A stretch of DNA of 64,000 bases from Rhina ancylostomus. Its lineage: Eukaryota. The stretch covers positions 20,444,020 through 20,508,019 of the forward strand of contig JARFYF010000007.1 of the NCBI GenBank assembly GCA_030265395.1, given 5' to 3'. Each line of letters begins with the position of its first letter. The first letter of the stretch is position 1. The notes below the pieces were generated by a model that did not search any database, was not told where the DNA came from, and was given only the letters and a program-made list of their open reading frames with translations. This document shows positions 62,155 to 64,000 of this stretch, piece by piece. The position numbers and the translations under genes are program-made.

Positions 62155-62563
62155 ACTGTTTTCACTGGAGCGGAGGAGGTTAAGAGGCGATATGATTGAG
62201 GTATATAAAATTATGAAGGGTATAGATAGGGTTGACTGCAGGAATCTTACCCCCTTAACAAAGGTGAATAAAACTAGAGGACATGGACTTACAGTAGAGG
62301 GTAAGGGATTGAGAGAGGATCTGAGAGGGACCTCTCTCACCCAGATAGCGGTGAGTATCCGGAATGCACTGCCAGAGAGAGCGGTGGAAACAGAGCCGCT
62401 GACAATATTCAAAGAGGTGTCTAGATGAGCACTTGAATCACCTCGGCATAGAAGGCTATAGACCTGGTGCTGGAAGGTGGGGTTAATATGGATGGGTTCC
62501 CATTGGTCGCCATGGACATTGTGGGCCAAATGGCCTGTCGCCATGCTATGACTCTAAAACTCT
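62155..62563 (+). mobile_element. CR1 LINE 3' end
   Basis: LFSLERRRLRGDMIEVYKIMKGIDRVD...TRGHGLTV is followed by the tail catggacattgtgggccaaatggcctg. Confidence 0.95.
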
Positions 62564-63399
62564 TATTAGGATCACCCTTAATGAGCCATTGAAATTGGTA
62601 ATCCCCTTCACCCGAGGAAGATTCTTGACACACATCCTGAGGCAGAGGTCAGTGGGTTGGTGGCAACTTCCCAACTCAGTGTCACTCCCACTGCACTTAA
62701 ACTCCATCCTTGTGCTCAGAGGAACAAAGTTCAGCTCAAATGTGCTACCCAGCCCCTAACTCACAAAATATTTACAGTCTTTTAAAAAGTAAATTCTGCT
62801 GTCATTCATTGAGATTTCTAGTCAGTTTGGAAAGGAGAAGTAGAATGAAAGCTTTGTCAGATTTATGAAGGAGGAGGGTCATTACACAGGCTGATTTCAA
62901 TCAAACCTGGGGTAGATTGCACTGGTGATCATTTCTGGGTTAAATTATTCAGGTGTGAAATTGGACCTTCTGCTGTTCATGTCAGCATGCATGACTTTTC
63001 CTGGCATTAGGCCCAAACAAAACAATGTTTTTTGTTGTGTTATACCCAGGACCACCTGCTTTGACACAAGTTGGGTGGAAAGCTCCATGTTACAACCTTT
63101 GATGGATAGTCTCAGTGGAACTAGTGGAGCACACCATGCTATTTGGTTGCTCTTCCTGATGTTTAAAGGGCCACCTGCTGACATCAATGGGCTTGACGGG
63201 GCCATGGCTGCAGGCTGCTCCATGAGGAAATTCTTTGAAGGTCCACAGTATGCCATGCTACTGCCAACAGTAGCGGCTGAGATCTCTTTCTATGGGTTCC
63301 TCAGCGGTGATACCATGAAGAACAATGCATTACTGGGAGGCATTTATATGGCCACGGGTGGCTGCCCAGGAAGGTTCAGGAACCTCAATTACATGCCTT

Positions 63400-64000
63400 T
63401 CAGTGAAGAATCTAGTCCCACAGAGACACCACATCCTATCTGGATCTCTTCTGAACAATGAACTTGCAGGCTCATGGTTTCCAAAGCTATCATCACTGTG
63501 GTATGTGCAGTACTTCAGGAAGACTATTGGCCATTACCTCATGCTTGGTTTTCTCTCTCCATTAGATTTGAGGCCACTCTCTACCACCTCCACAGGATCT
63601 TACCAACTGGCCGCAGCAGATCTCAGTCGCGTCTCTCAATCTGCTGCTCACTGCTGCACCGGAGAGATCACCCAGGCTCTGCATTTGTAAAGAAATGATT
63701 TCAACTACTGGATTTCAGTGAGGGCCGGGTGGCATCTGAGGAATTGGGATCCGAGGGCATTTGCTGGCTCAAATCACATAGGCTTTCTCAACAGGAAAAG
63801 TTTCCACTCTGTCAATGTGCTGATGGTTGTGGATCGCAAGAACTTCCTAACGGTGAATGTTTCCAGGAAGGGCACATGGCTCCTTCATCTTGAGGGACTC
63901 CACACTTTCTCACTGGGAAGGTATGTGTTGTCGATGTGTGGCTGCTGTTGGGGATTGTGTTTTTAATGGCTGACTTCCTTCTCTGAAGGTTGCATTTTGA
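63400..64000 (+). mobile_element. PIF/Harbinger transposase pseudogene (HARBI1-like)
   Basis: SEQ*TCRLMVSKAII..VCAVLQED, STGSYQLAAADLSRVSQSAAHCCTGEITQAL and FLNRKSFHSVNVLMVVD match the HARBI1 motifs ATGSFQ...D....SQS.VHRC and NRKGFHS.NVQ.VCD. Confidence 0.88.

Noticed and set aside
62925-63461. Longest gap-free ORF in the window (178 aa)
   Set aside because: It has a non-ATG start and no recognisable domain, and it runs into the Harbinger pseudogene. It is probably transposon 5' sequence open by chance.

Overview
This is eukaryotic, AT-rich, CpG-depleted genomic DNA from a fragmented assembly with many N gaps. The repeat content points to a cartilaginous fish, probably a batoid (inference). 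That content includes CR1/HER1-type LINEs, V-core tRNA SINEs, a Deu-domain SINE, Penelope-like GIY-YIG retroelements, Rex1/Babar, RTE, L2, Harbinger relics, a Tigger-like MITE and solo LTRs. I found no intact host protein-coding gene, RNA gene, CRISPR array or prokaryotic feature. Every ORF I could recognise is a decayed transposon fragment, so the window looks intergenic or intronic. The most notable signal is about ten copies of a Penelope terminal repeat carrying decayed minimal hammerhead-ribozyme motifs. Three loci have these copies as inverted pairs, including a near-perfect ~175-bp palindrome at 17641-17815. Other points are a tRNA-headed repeat that runs into a LINE endonuclease start, V-SINEs with two different LINE tails, and several nested insertions. 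Coordinates of old repeats are approximate. Family names come from motif recognition, not from database searches.
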